From positions 242,174,001 to 242,238,000 of the forward strand of contig NC_086097.1 of the NCBI RefSeq assembly GCF_963921235.1: a DNA stretch of 64,000 nt. The letters run 5' to 3'. The translations under genes were made by a program, and so were the position numbers. How positions within the stretch are numbered: the first letter of the stretch is position 1; each line of letters starts with the position of its first letter. Source of the DNA: Mobula hypostoma. Lineage: Eukaryota. Shown here in pieces: positions 26,121 through 38,200 of this stretch. Below the pieces are notes generated by a model, which was not told the origin of the DNA, ran no database searches, and saw only the letters and a list, made by a program, of their open reading frames with translations.

Positions 26121-27669
26121 ATTAATGTACTTATAAATTAATGATAATAGGTGAAGAGATAGTACTGTGCTGCCATGCCCTATGTTCCACGGATCAGGGG
26201 AAGCAGAGGGGTGACCTTATAAGGTGAATGGTCACAGTTCTTTTCCCGGGGTAAGGAAGTCAAAAACTAGAGACCATAGTTTTAGAACGGCCTCGGAGCT
26301 AGATCTTGGCACATGTGACAATAATAAACCAATGCCAATTAGATCAAATATCATTCTTCTAATCTCCTAAATTGATATATGCCTCTGATTAACCTCTCTT
26401 CATTGCAGGAATTAATCTGGTAAATTGAACAGAGGTGGTCTTTAGGGATTAAAAACGACCAACGTATTAACCATGAGAAAATTGATAATCCTGTATCTGA
26501 CCCGATAGTTAAATATACTTTACGTATTTGGTTTCAATTCAGAAAATTTTTTGATCTTAACCAATTTGGGCTAGCGATTCCTATTTTAGGTAACATATTT
26601 TTTCCTCCCTCTTTTACGGATCGTGCTTTTCAAATTTGGAAGACTAAGGGTATTTCACGGTTTTTGGATTTATTTTTAGATGGTTCCCTTATGTCTTTTG
26701 AACAATTATCTAATAAATATAATTTATCAAGAATACATTTTTTTAGATATCTACAAGTTAGAAATTTCCTAAGTACTATACTTTCTTCCTTTCCAATGCT
26801 TCCTCCTACATACATTTTAGATACTATAATTAACCTTAATCCATGTCAGAAAGGTGCATCAGCTATGATTTATAATATTATTATGAAACTTAGGAAAGCT
26901 CCATTTGATAAGATTAGGGTAGATTGGGAACAGGAATTGGGGTCTATCATTTCCGTGGATGACTGGGGGCAGACTTTACAATTAGTCAATACTTCCTCTA
27001 TTTGTGCTAAACATTCCCTAATTCAATTTAAAGTTGTTCATAGAGCACATATGTCCAAAGATAAATTAGCTCGCTTTTATTCTCATATTAATCCTTTTTG
27101 TGATAGATGTCCGGGGCAGATAGCCTCTTTAACTCATATGTTTTGGTCTTGTCCTACTCTGGAAACTTTTTGGAGAGACATTTTTAATATTATCTCCAAG
27201 GTATTGAATATAGATATCTCTCCTCACCCTATTACTGCTATCTTTGGACTACCTAAAATTTCCAGTAATCTCTCTCCTTCAGCCCGTAGAATGATTGCAT
27301 TTCTTACTTTAATGGCGAAAAGATGTATCTTACAACATTGGAAAGAGCTTAATGCTCCAACTGTAGCGATGTGCTACACACAGCGCTAGAATAACCACAC
27401 GGAGTCGATGAGTTAGAGTTGCGATGAAAGAGGTTTATTCAAACTTCGCGGCCCGCTTTTAAAGCCTTCCTGTTCCCGCCCTCCCTGGGCGGGACTGCTG
27501 TGGGGAATGCATATTCCCAGACCCTTTCCACGTGCGGGATTTTCCCCCTGCTGGTGAAGATGGCCTGGCGCCCTTTTTGGGGCCGGCCCCCTGCCCGCAC
27601 GTGCTGTTGTGAGCCGGTTCGTGGGTGCCAGAAAGTGGGTCGCCACATAACCCCCCCACCCCAGAACTG

Positions 27670-30600
27670 GCGATACCTCCCCCAATGTCCACAGTCTGGA
27701 TCGGCCTCTGTTTGGGAGGTCTGCCCCTGCGCCGCGGTGCCTGAGCCTGGACCGGTTGCGCCAAGTCCACATGGGCCGGTTTGAGTCAGTCCACCGTGAA
27801 AACCTCCTCTCTCCCCCCAATGTCCAGCACGAACGTGGACCCGTTGTTCCTGATCACCTTAAATGTCCCCTCGTAGGGCCGCTGTAGCGGTGCCCGGTGT
27901 CCGCCCCGTCGTACAAAAAGAAACTTACAGTTCTGCAGGTCTTTGGGTACGCAGGTCGGGCTCTGTCCGTGCTGTGAAGTGGGTATGGGGGCCAGGTTAC
28001 CGAGCCTCTCCCGTAGTCTGTCCAGGACTGCTGTGGGTTCTTCCTCTTGCCCCCTTGGGGCTGGTATGAACTCTCCTGGAATGACCAGGGGTGCGCCGTA
28101 CACCAACTCGGCCGACGAGGTGTGTAGATCCTCTTTGGGCGCCGTGCGGATTCCGAGCAGGACCCGGGGAAGCTTGTCCACCCAGTTAGGCCCCTCCAGG
28201 CGGGCCATGAGAGCCGATTTCAGGTGACGGTGGAAGCGCTCCACTAGTCCGTTCGACTGTGGGTGGTAGGCAGTTGTGTGGTGTAGCTGTGTTCCTAAAA
28301 GTCTGGCCATAGCCGACCACAGGCTGGAGGTGAACTGGGCGCCCCTGTCGGAGGTAATGTGGGCCGGTACCCCAAAGCGGGCTACCCAGGTTGCGATCAG
28401 TGCTCGGGCGCAGGATTCAGAGGTGGTGTCGCTGAGCGGGACTGCCTCTGGCCATCTGGTGAACCGGTCTATCATAGTTAGGAGGTACCACGCTCCTCAT
28501 GACACTGGCAGGGGCCCCACGATATCCACATGGATGTGGTCGAACCTCCGGCGGGTGGGTTCGAACTGCTGCGGTGGAGCCTTGGTGTGTCACTGCACTT
28601 TGGCCGTTTGGCACTGCATGCACGTTTTGGCCCATTCACTGACCTGTTTACGCAGCCCATGTCACACGAACCTGTTGGAGACCAGCCGGACGGTTGTCCT
28701 GATGGAGGGGTGCGCTAAGTTGTGAATGGATTCGAACACCCGCCGGAGCCAGGCTGCTGGGACGATGGGGCGGGGTTGGCCAGTAGCTACGTCACATAGT
28801 AGGGTCCTCTCACCTGGGCCTACGGGGAGGCCTTGGAGCTGCAAACCAGAGACTGCAGTCCTGTAACTGGGGATCTCAGTGTCTGCCTGCTGTGCCTCTG
28901 CCAGCGCTGCATAGTCCACCCCCTGGGACAGGGCCTGTATGGTAGGTCTGGAAAGTGCGTCCGCCACGACGTTGTCCTTTCCCGAGACATGCCGGATGTC
29001 CGTCGTGTACTCGGAGATGTAGGACAGATGTCGCTGCTGGCGGGACGACCAGGGGTCGGACACCTTAGTGAACGCAAAGGTAAGCGGTTTGTGGTCTGTG
29101 AACGCGGTGAAGGGCCTACCTTCTAAGAAGTACCTGAAATGCCGGATTGCCAGGTATAGTGCCAATAGCTCCCGGTCGAAAGCACTGTATTTGAGTTCGG
29201 GTGGTCGTAGGGGTTTGCTGAAGAACGTCAGGGGTTGCCAGCGACCCTCGATGAGTTGTTCCAGCACTCCACTGACCGCTGTGTTGGATGCGTCCACCGT
29301 GAGGGCAGTAGGAACGTCCGTTCTGGGGTGCACTAGCATCGCGGCGTTTGCCAAGGCTTCTTTGGTTTTAACGAAAGCGGTTGCAGCCTCTTCGTTCCAG
29401 GTAATGTCCCTGCCCTTACCCGACATTAGAGTGAACAAGGGGCGCATGGTTCGGGCTGCTGAGGGGAGGAAACGGTGGTAGAAATTCACCATACCCACGA
29501 ATTCCTGCAAGCCTTTGATTGTGTTGGGTCGGGGGAAGTTGCGGACCGCGTCTACCTTGGCGGGCAGCGGGGTTGCCCCGTCTTTAGTAATCCTGTGGCC
29601 CAGGAAGTCGATGGTGTCGAGTCCGAACTGGCATTTGGCTGGATTGATTGTAAGGCCGAATTCACTCAGGCGGGAGTAGAGCTGGCGGAGGTGGGACAGA
29701 TGCTCCTGCCGACTACTGCTGGCTATGAGGATGTCGTCCAAATAGATGAATGCAAAGTCCAGGTCGCGTCCCACCGCGTCCATTAGCCGCTGGAAAGTCT
29801 GTGCGGCATTCTTTAGACCAAATGGCATTCGGAGGAATTCGAAAAGTCCGAACGGGGTGATAAGTGCTGTTTTGGGGATGTGGTCCGGATGTACAGGGAT
29901 TTGATAATATCCCCGGACGAGGTCTACCTTGGAAAAGATCCTTGCGCCGTGTAGGTTTGCTGCGAAGTCTTGAATGTGCGGCACAGGGTAACGGTCTGGC
30001 GTTGTAGCCTCGTTCAGTCTGCAGTAGTCACCGCATGGTCTCCAGCCCCCCGTTGCCTTGGGCACCATGTGAAGGGGGGAGGCCCATGGGCTGTCGGACC
30101 GTCGTATGATCCCTAATTCCTCCATCTTCTTGAACTCCTCCTTCGCCAGTTGGAGCTTGTCCGGGGAAGGCCTTCGAGCACGGGCTTGGAGGGGTGGTCC
30201 CTGGGTCGGGATGTGGTGCTGTACTCCGTGTCTGGGCATGGCTGCCGTGAACTGCGGTGTCAGTACTGATGGGAAATCCGCCAGGACCCTGGTGAATTCA
30301 TCGTCGGACAGCGTGATGGAGTCCAGGTGTGGGGCTGGCAACTGTGCTTCACCCAGGGAGAACGTTTGAAAAGTCTTGGCGTGGACTAATCGCTTCTCTT
30401 GCAGGTCAACCAGCAGGCTGTGGGCTCGCAGAAAATCTGCCCCCAGGAGTGGTTGGGCCACGGCGGCCAGTGTGAAGTCCCACGTGAACCAGCTGGAGCT
30501 GAACTGTAGCCGCACAGTGCAGGTGCCGTAGGTTCGTATTGTGCTGCCATTAGCGGCCCTCAGGGTGGGTCCCGGTTCTCTGTTGCGGGTGTCGTAACTC

Positions 30601-30735
30601 GTTGGAGGTAAGACGCTGATCTCCGCTCCGGTGTCGACCAAAAAGCGGCATCCCGACTGCTTGTCCCAGACGTACAGGAGGCTGTCCTGATGGCCAGCCG
30701 CCGTAGCCATCAGCGGCGGCTGGCCCTGGCGTTTC
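27670..30735 (-). pseudogene. Pol (protease, RT, RNase H intact; integrase with nonsense codons)
   Basis: LVDTGAEIS, FIYLDDILIAS, TVDAS..YSAFDRELLA, then integrase HVDIVGP..IDRFTRWPEA..SDRGAQF..NGLVERFHR. TGA stops at about 28662, 28590, 28497 and 27786. Confidence 0.92.
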
Positions 30736-30737
30736 CC
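30687..30737 (-). promoter_or_regulatory. -1 programmed ribosomal frameshift signal (G GGA AAC + pseudoknot)
   Basis: Slippery heptamer in gag phase at 30731-30737, followed by a 12-bp stem GGCCAGCCGCCG/CGGCGGCTGGCC whose loop CTGAT pairs with downstream ATCAG. Confidence 0.85.
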
Positions 30738-31414
30738 GGGAATTTGCAGGGCGGTCTGCAGCGGCGGGCCTCTGTGCCCCACCGCTGGTGGTAGAAACAC
30801 CATTGTTCATTGGGCTCCTCACTCTCGTCGCCGGGTTTTGTAGGCTCTGCTGCCGGGCCTGGTCTGGTCTGTCGTTGGGCACGCGGCTTGGTGATCTGTG
30901 CGACGGGTGCCCCTCTCTCTTTCCTGGCATTCCACAGCACATCTGCTCGGGCCGCCACCTCCCGGGGGTCGCTGAAATCTGCGTCGGACAGCGGCAGGCA
31001 TATGTCCTCGGGCAGTTGCTCTAGGAACGCCTGCTCAAACATGAGGCAGGGTTTGTGTCCTTCAGCCAGGGCCAGCATCTCGTTCATTAATGCTGACAGT
31101 GGCCTGTCTCCCAAACCATCCAGGTGCATTAAGCGGCGTGCTCGTTCGCGCCGTGAGAGTCCGAAAGTCCTTATGAGCAGGGCTTTGAATGCTGTGTATT
31201 TGCCGTCCTCCGGGGGCGACTGTATAAACTCCTCAACTTGTGCAGCAGTCTCCTGGTCGAGGGAGCTCAGCATGTAGTAGTAGTGAGTGGACTCCGAGGT
31301 TATCTGCCGAATGTGGAATTGTGCTTCTGCTTGTTCGAACCATAATTGGAGTCGCAGCGTCCAGAAGCTTGGCAGTTTTAACGAAACTGCGTGAACAGAT
31401 GCAGCGTCGGTCAT
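30710..31414 (-). CDS. Gag of the CsRn1-like element
   Basis: Open frame from MTDAASVHAVSLKLPSFW..WFEQAEAQF; C-terminal CFYHQRWGTEARRCRPPC (C-x2-H-x9-C-x3-C). Confidence 0.9.
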   Translation of the reverse strand: MTDAASVHAVSLKLPSFWTLRLQLWFEQAEAQFHIRQITSESTHYYYMLSSLDQETAAQVEEFIQSPPEDGKYTAFKALLIRTFGLSRRERARRLMHLDGLGDRPLSALMNEMLALAEGHKPCLMFEQAFLEQLPEDICLPLSDADFSDPREVAARADVLWNARKERGAPVAQITKPRAQRQTRPGPAAEPTKPGDESEEPNEQWCFYHQRWGTEARRCRPPCKFPGNARASRR

Positions 31415-32621
31415 CTCTGGTCCAAATATCGTTTGGGCCGTCGGGGTCACCAATTGTAGCGGTGTGCTACACACAGCGCTAGAATAACCACACGGAGTCG
31501 GTGAGTTAGAGTTGCGATGAAAGAGATTTATTCAAACTTCGCGGTCCGCTTTTAAAGCCTTCCCGTTCCCGCCCTCCCTGGGCGGGACTGCTGTGGGGAA
31601 TGCATATTCCCAGACCCCTTTTGCGCGCGGGATTTTCCCCCGCTGGTGAAGATGGTCTGGCCCCCTTTTTGCTGCCGGTCCTCCGCCTGTGCGCGCTGTT
31701 GTGAGCCGGTTCGTGTGTGCCAGAAAGTGGGTCGCCACACAACTACCTTTTTTTGGTTTTCTCAGACGATATTATGCTTGAATTTGGAGAAAATTAGAAG
31801 CAATCTTTATGATCCTTCACTTAAATTTGAACAGACCTGGAGATCTTTTATTCAATATTTTCATTTAATGTAATTTTTTTCTCCTCTTTTTTTGCTTCAT
31901 ATTTATATACCCTTCTTGTTTTTTTTTACTGTTTTTAATGGAGGTCGGGATTGAGGACGTGATTTTAAGTTTTTTTAACTCTGCTTGGTTCCAGGTTAGC
32001 CCATTGCTTTGCTTTGCTTTGCTTTTAGTTAGTTGCACAGGGTTTTTTTGGGGGTTTTTTTTCTTTTTCTCTATTGATATATATATATATAAAAATTAGT
32101 ATACTATTATGTTACCTTAGTATGTTATGTTTAAATTACATTGTTTGTATCTTTTTTTTTGTATTAATATCTCCTGTAATTTTATTATATTCTAACAGTG
32201 TATTAGTGCCTATATGGCTTACCTTTTTGTAGACTTATTCAATAAAAAGATTTAAAACGGAGAAAATTGATAATCCACTACGATTTGGACATGGAATGAG
32301 CAGAGATTGCTCTTATCAGTGTGATGGTATTGGGTTTGCTATCTGTGAAGTTCTGAACTTGAAAGTACACCTTAAGCCCCATCTGGTATAGATAGCTACA
32401 GGTAGACTCTCTAAAAGGAGGTTATACAGTAGCCACAAACACTTCAAAGGTGAGTTCACTTCCCTGTTTATCGTCCTTGGTGAGTTTAGCTGCCAATGAT
32501 AAAGTTTAAGGGAATGGGGGATTCTCAGATCCCTGTAAACAATAGATTAAGTACTGACTATGTCTGTGACTGCAGTGTGTTTGAATAATGTCTCACAGTT
32601 GCCTTCTTTGGAGCAAGATAA

Positions 32622-32694
32622 TTAAAGTTTGCCCAGATCCACATCAGATGTCTCTGGGCTTTTCACACCTTTTGATTTTGATGAAAAGCAGTAC
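32622..32694 (-). CDS. Candidate terminal coding exon (exon 5) of an unidentified small host gene
   Basis: Acceptor TTCTGTCTAATTTCCATCAG; phase 2; encodes (R)YCFSSKSKGVKSPETSDVDLGKL*. Confidence 0.5.
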
Positions 32695-32840
32695 CTGATG
32701 GAAATTAGACAGAACATTCCTTTCTTAATTAAAGCATAAATTTGACGGATGTTCTTATCTTTGTAATTAAATTGTGGCTCCAGCAAACCAGGTAGTACAT
32801 GCCTTTCTTTCATTAAATTGGCTAGAGTGTGTAACGAATT

Positions 32841-32965
32841 GATTGTACTTTTGTATCAATAATCCATTGACTTGACTGGAATAGTTATCAGACTGATTGT
32901 TCTCTGTATCAGTAGTCCATTGACTTGACTGGAATAGTTATCAAACTGATTGTTCTTTTGTATCG
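32841..32965. repeat. 53-bp tandem duplication (about 2.3 copies)
   Basis: TCCATTGACTTGACTGGAATAGTTATCA recurs at 32863 and 32916. Confidence 0.9.
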
Positions 32966-33680
32966 GTGGCCTTATAACTTCTGACAATTCTGACATCAGG
33001 CAGTGAACTTGTAGAACCGCCAGGGAGATGAGAACGGGTCTCTCCCTGATGTCGAGTCCAAATTCACTCGCCGGCTGAGCTCGAAGAAATAAATGGGTGA
33101 AAAGATAAGTAACGGTCTTTTTGTGCTGTCATTATTTGATCTACCAAAGTTACGTTTACACCAATACCCGCTATTTGAGCAGTCAGCCTCCCTCTCTACC
33201 AAGGAGGAGATACCTCCAGCTAACAAACTAGTTTAACTCATTTATTTTTAGTGACGGACATTTAAATTTAGATACAATACTTAACCCACTTTTAAAATTC
33301 ACAGAGGATTTCTATCAAAAAGAAAGATTTCCAAATTGCAAACAATTTCCAAAACACAGGTAAAATCTCTATAAGCTAAAAAGACATACCAACAGTTTGC
33401 AGACGAATGAATCATCTATTATAGAAATTGAAGGCAGAGGAATGGATTCTAGTCATTCCACCTTTCTGTCATTCTTCTTGTTGTCCCTTGACCATTCCTA
33501 ACAAGCCTGACTGCTCTCTAACATTTATACTGTTTTTTGCTACTTGATGACTTCACGTTCATACAATATTTTTCAGTTACATTTGTCAGGCCATCTGAAT
33601 GCACTGTTTAATTAAATGGAAGTAGACCCCATTGTTTTCCCTAGATTAAATAATGGGCCAACCAAGACCCTATAATTCAC

Positions 33681-33750
33681 CTGTTTACAAGAGGCTGAGC
33701 AACAACTATTGTTTGGAAGTTTAACTTGCTCAGAACCAACTCTTTGACCC
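33681..33750 (-). CDS. Candidate internal exon 4 of the same gene
   Basis: Acceptor CACTTTCAG, donor CAG|GTGAAT; 70 nt, phase 1 to 2; (G)VKELVLSKLNFQTIVVAQPLVN(R). Confidence 0.5.
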
Positions 33751-34508
33751 CTGAAAGTGTCAGCTGCAGTGTTAGATTCAAAGATACAAAGTACATTTAT
33801 TATCAAAGTATGTATGCAGTATACAACCCCGAGATTTGTCTTCCAACAAAGAGCTGAGATTGGTAAAAAGGCCACTCCCCCCCATGCCCTGGGAGTGTGA
33901 ATATCCATCAGATTAGGATGAAATATCAACTGTTTATTCCCCTCTATACATCAGTGGTTCTCTGCTTTAGCAGGTTGGAGTTGCACTTGATTGGAACTAA
34001 GATACTGAAGGCAGAACTGATGTCAATAAATAGTAACCAGATGTTGGTACTGTCCAAATGCCCTTAGGGAGAGTGTGTCTGCTGTGGACCTGTTTTGGCT
34101 GTAGGCAAAGTGCAGTGGGTCTAGGCTACCTGTATGGAAAACCTCTTTAAAATTGTGAGAGACAATGAGCACCAATCAATCATCTTCCTGCTTTCCTGTG
34201 ATGTCACACATTGATTATTTCTCCCTTACTTTTCAAACTTTTGCTTTGGGTTACTGCTGTTGGAGCCCCTCATTAACTCAATCCCACTTTTCCCCTTAAA
34301 ATGTTACCTTTCTCTTACTTCACACAGTTCACAATGCACAGCCCCTATCAGCTGTGTTCCTGCTTTACCCCGTACAACTGGACTGTGTGTATGTTGATCT
34401 GTCTAGCTCTGCTTGTACATCCTGCCCCTTTCCTTGTGTTGCTCTGTTATTTGTGCACGACATGATTCCAGCTGAGCCTGATCCTTCATTTTCTCCTATA
34501 ATTACACA

Positions 34509-35138
34509 TGTAGCCCCCCTGGCCAGACTCAGGGTCGCTCGGCTCGCTGTCGTCTAGGGAAACAGCCCTCGGCCCCGCCAAACTGGGTAATAAGTTTGTG
34601 TGGATGCTGTGTGATGTACACCACCCCGCCCAAATAACAGACAAATAAAAGGCGCCACACTTATCAAAGTTCAATCTCTTTGTGCACAAACAGTTGGAGC
34701 TCAGGACCCTCCTTCTTCACCCTGCGATACCCTCGGACCACCTCGACCTGCCGCCTGGGACCAACAATGATGGTTGACCAGACGCTCCACACGAGTCCGT
34801 CTCCGTCTCCTCTTCTCGCCGAACTCCCTGGATCTCGGACTCCTGCTCGGGGTACGTCCCCGTTAGCGGACTCACAGCACCTTGTCCATCCTCTGTCTCT
34901 CTCTCCCGCCTTCTCCCCAAAAACCCGCGCATCACACTAACTTACAGACACACAGGAAGAATAACATCTATCCCAATTGGTTTGTTCACCCTCTTATCAG
35001 TAACATAATCCAAATAAACTGCTAGCAGGAGGACTTTCTCAACAGTTAACATAACAAAGAAGCCATTTCAATTATAACATAACAAAGAAGCCATTTTAAT
35101 TAGACTATGCAGTAACATAAAAGAAGAAACCCCTTACA
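34509..35138 (-). mobile_element. Solo Gypsy LTR (related to 17757 and 48344 LTRs)
   Basis: TGTAG..TTACA ends; 4-bp TSD CACA (34505-34508, 35139-35142); shares CTAGGGAAACA..CCCGCCAAACTGGGTAA..TTTGTGTGGATGCTGTG. Confidence 0.85.
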
Positions 35139-35276
35139 CACACAACGTAAAACAACTGTTGTCTCAACCCCACTACTCTTTGATTCCCTTTTCCATCATT
35201 CTTCCTGACTCCAGGCATTAACCTACCTGGTTTGTCCAGTCCAGCTTTCTCTCGCTGAGGAATTACATGTTCCTTA

Positions 35277-38200
35277 TGTTACGTACCCCGTAACTGGGTT
35301 GCCAAACCAGCAGAAATGGATCACTCAGTTGGAGTCTGGAGTACTAGAACTAAGAAAGTTTTATTACAGAAACAAGCAACACAGTAATCGAAAGGATAAT
35401 AAATGCAACAGTTCAGTGATGATAAACACACATGTGCACAGAATTAAGATAACAGCATCAATCAAGCTCTATCGTTGTCTAGGGGTAAATGACCAATTTC
35501 AAAATGACTCAAAGTTCAGTCCAGTTTAGTAGTTCAGTTCGCAGTAATCGTTGCCATGGCGGTGGACAACGTGGGGGAAGAGAGAGATAGAATAGGAACA
35601 ACTCATCATTCAGCACAGCTTCACTCACAGACCAGCGAGATGGCTCACAAACAGCTTTTGGGCGGGTCCTTGGTGATGTCACCTGAGGTCACCGACTGTG
35701 ACCCCTCCTCCAGATGCGGTCGATCCTCTGCAGTGAACCCGGTACCCAGGCAAGGGCGGACACACACCGGGTTCCCGCTGATCGTACCTTCCACCCTGTG
35801 CGTTGTCCGATACTTCTCACCACTCGTGAGAGGCGCACCGCTTCCAGGGTCTCGTTACCTCGGGTGGCGTGTGTGTCTGTCTTAGCGAACCTGTCCCTTT
35901 TTATCCCCCTGCTGGGGTATCGCCTGTCCATCACTTCAAACAGTTCAGGGTTCAAAGGGGGGAGCCGCTCCAGACAGCTCTCTCTCTCCCACGTCCCTTC
36001 ATTACACATCTCCAGACGCTGCTCCATTGTTCCTTATCTCTCCTTCCCCTGAGGGCAGGTGGCAGACCAACTGCTGATGCCACTGATGCTCGCCCAGGCC
36101 AGCAAACATCTTAATTTTATGTGTATTCTCGTAACACTTCCCCCCTTTAAGGATTTTTACCGGGAGGTAAAAATTACAAACATGACTACATTATCTGATA
36201 CATACACAATATACATCTTTAACAGTTATTTAGCTAATACAGAGAATTTGAAGCTGTCAACACCTTGACAGACAGTCATCACATTTTCTGTTCCTTTTAC
36301 ACGTGTTATTAATAATCCCTTAGACCAGGCTCCAACTCAGCAAACTTCATAGTGGCCAAAGACACTGATGAATTGCGACCAATGTAACCTCTCATTTGGT
36401 TTTGTCCCGGACCACAATAACAAGGGTCGTCCCATTCCGACTCAATTTTCTCTCGCAAGGGCTTAGTAGGAGGGGGACGGGTATTGACCGCAGAGTTATT
36501 GCAAAACTTCCTGCAGTACCCCACCATCTCCAAAAGCCTTCTGAGGGCCCTCTTGTCTGTCGGGGTTGGGAGGTCAGCGATAGCCTGCACTGTAGCTTGC
36601 ATCACTGCCAGCTGCCCCTGTGTCACCACAATTCCCAGGTAAGTGACTCTCGTGTGGCCGAATTCATTTTTTTCAAGGTTCACTATCAAGCTGCCTTCAG
36701 ACAGCCGTATTAAATTGCCAATACACACCTCTGTGTTCATCAGCCCTTTAGTCACTGAATTACTCAAAAAATATGGGTGTTGTTTACTTGGCTGCCCTAT
36801 TGTAACAGACATAACCCAACGTCCCAGTTCTTTGCATTTCCTCGGGACAATCAAACACATGGGTGCGAGTCGTTTAATTACTCCTTCGGGGATTAAGGGA
36901 GAGACCTTATCAGTAGACCTGGCCAAAACAATAGCCTTCTCCCATCTGACCGATCCCATCCTAATCTTTTCAAAATGGTTTTTTTCTCTTAGCAGGGGGC
37001 CCCTAGCTTCATTGATTTCCACGCTAACACCGACTAGGTTTGTTAGCATATCAAAAGCCGGTGACCGTCTCAGTTCGCGTCGGTCATGATCAATAACATT
37101 TTTCCCCCTGGGCAGCCGGTAACTCTCTTTCATGATTCCACCAACTGTTTCCTCCAGCACCGCAAAATGTCCACCGGGGGGTACCTCGTGGGCCATGTTA
37201 AAAACCTCATCCCCGTAACTCTTTTGCACCACCCCCCACTCCTCATCTGCGGATGCTGTACTTGATTTCCCTTTCTTCCTTAGCACTTCCTCATCCGCAC
37301 AATAGCTTGTCAAGGCTGTGTCAGAGAGAGCGGTCTCGGCAAAAACCATCAGCCCCTCGTCTCGCTCCTGCGTCTGCACAAATTCTTTCCTGGCTACTGC
37401 TACGTCCGTCCCAGCTCCCTCACTACCTCTTATCTCACTACACCCTGTCTCATACAAGGTTGGCAGAAATGTTTCAGCCAAATTCACCATCGCGGGCGGG
37501 GCCTCCATGCTGGCAGGCTGACCCGTCAATCTCACGACTGGGAACACGATTCCTCCGGCGATGTCATTACCGAGCAAGACTTCCACGTCTTTCATCGGTA
37601 ATTCGGACCTCACCCCGATCGTGACTAGTCCAGAGACCAGGTTGCTCTGTAAATGTATCTGGTGCAAAGGGACTGACTCTGTCCCTTCCCCAACACCTTT
37701 GACCTCTACCTCCCCAATCTGGGTCTCTGAGCTAAACTCTAATACACTCTTCAGTATTAGTGACTGACACGCTCCCGTGTCTCTCCAGATCCGCACTGGA
37801 ACTGGTTTTAACCTCTCCTTCACTGACACCAGTCCGGCCGAGATAAACCTCTCGCGCCCTTCCTGGACTTTTTCAGACCTGTCCTTCCCTAGCGGTTCGC
37901 TTAACAGCTCAATACAGCCATTCAAAATTTCCGCTTTTCCTTTCCCCGTCTCCTTCCTTGGGGCAAAGCACCTGGACGCAAAGTGTCCGACTTTCCCACA
38001 ATTATAACAGACGACCCCAGGAGACTTCCTACCAGACTGCTCCCGGTCTACCTTATCCTTTTCACTAGTCCCCGGCTTACTTTCGGACTTTTCCGGTGGA
38101 CTCTCCCCGCCGTCCTGACTACCCTTCTGGTAGCCTTTACTCGGGGCAACCTTCATTTTATGCGTCAACGCATACTCATCCGCTAACTTAGCAGTTGCGG

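Larger units (their letters stand above)
27362..31739 (-). mobile_element. Full-length Gypsy LTR retrotransposon, CsRn1-like (4.4 kb)
   Basis: LTRs 27362-27647 and 31455-31739 (TG..CA); 4-bp TSD CAAC; PBS TGGTGACCCCGACG (tRNA-Trp type) at 31439-31452; PPT at 27648-27662; gag with CHCC knuckle; pol order PR-RT-RH-IN. Confidence 0.97.
26492..32259 (+). mobile_element. L1 LINE 3' portion (ORF2 C-terminus + 3' UTR), interrupted by a Gypsy element
   Basis: 17-bp TSD GAGAAAATTGATAATCC (26475-26491, 32260-32276). CCHC motif CDRC..SLTHMFWSC in ORF 26664-27389. ORF resumes after 31740 (TTFFWFSQ..FHLM*); AATAAA at 32241. Confidence 0.95.

Noticed and set aside
28820..31277. Many plus-strand ORFs antisense to Gypsy gag/pol
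   Set aside because: Expected shadow frames in GC-rich coding DNA; no motifs.
32841..32965. CRISPR-like repeat-spacer array
   Set aside because: The whole 53-bp unit is duplicated with no unique spacers; eukaryotic context, no cas genes.
32996..33226. 76-aa minus-strand ORF between candidate exons 4 and 5
   Set aside because: No usable splice sites in phase and no recognisable similarity.
34030..34140. Minus-strand exon after TTTTCCATACAG
   Set aside because: Translates to LDPLHFAYSQNRSTAD, a Rex RT fragment.
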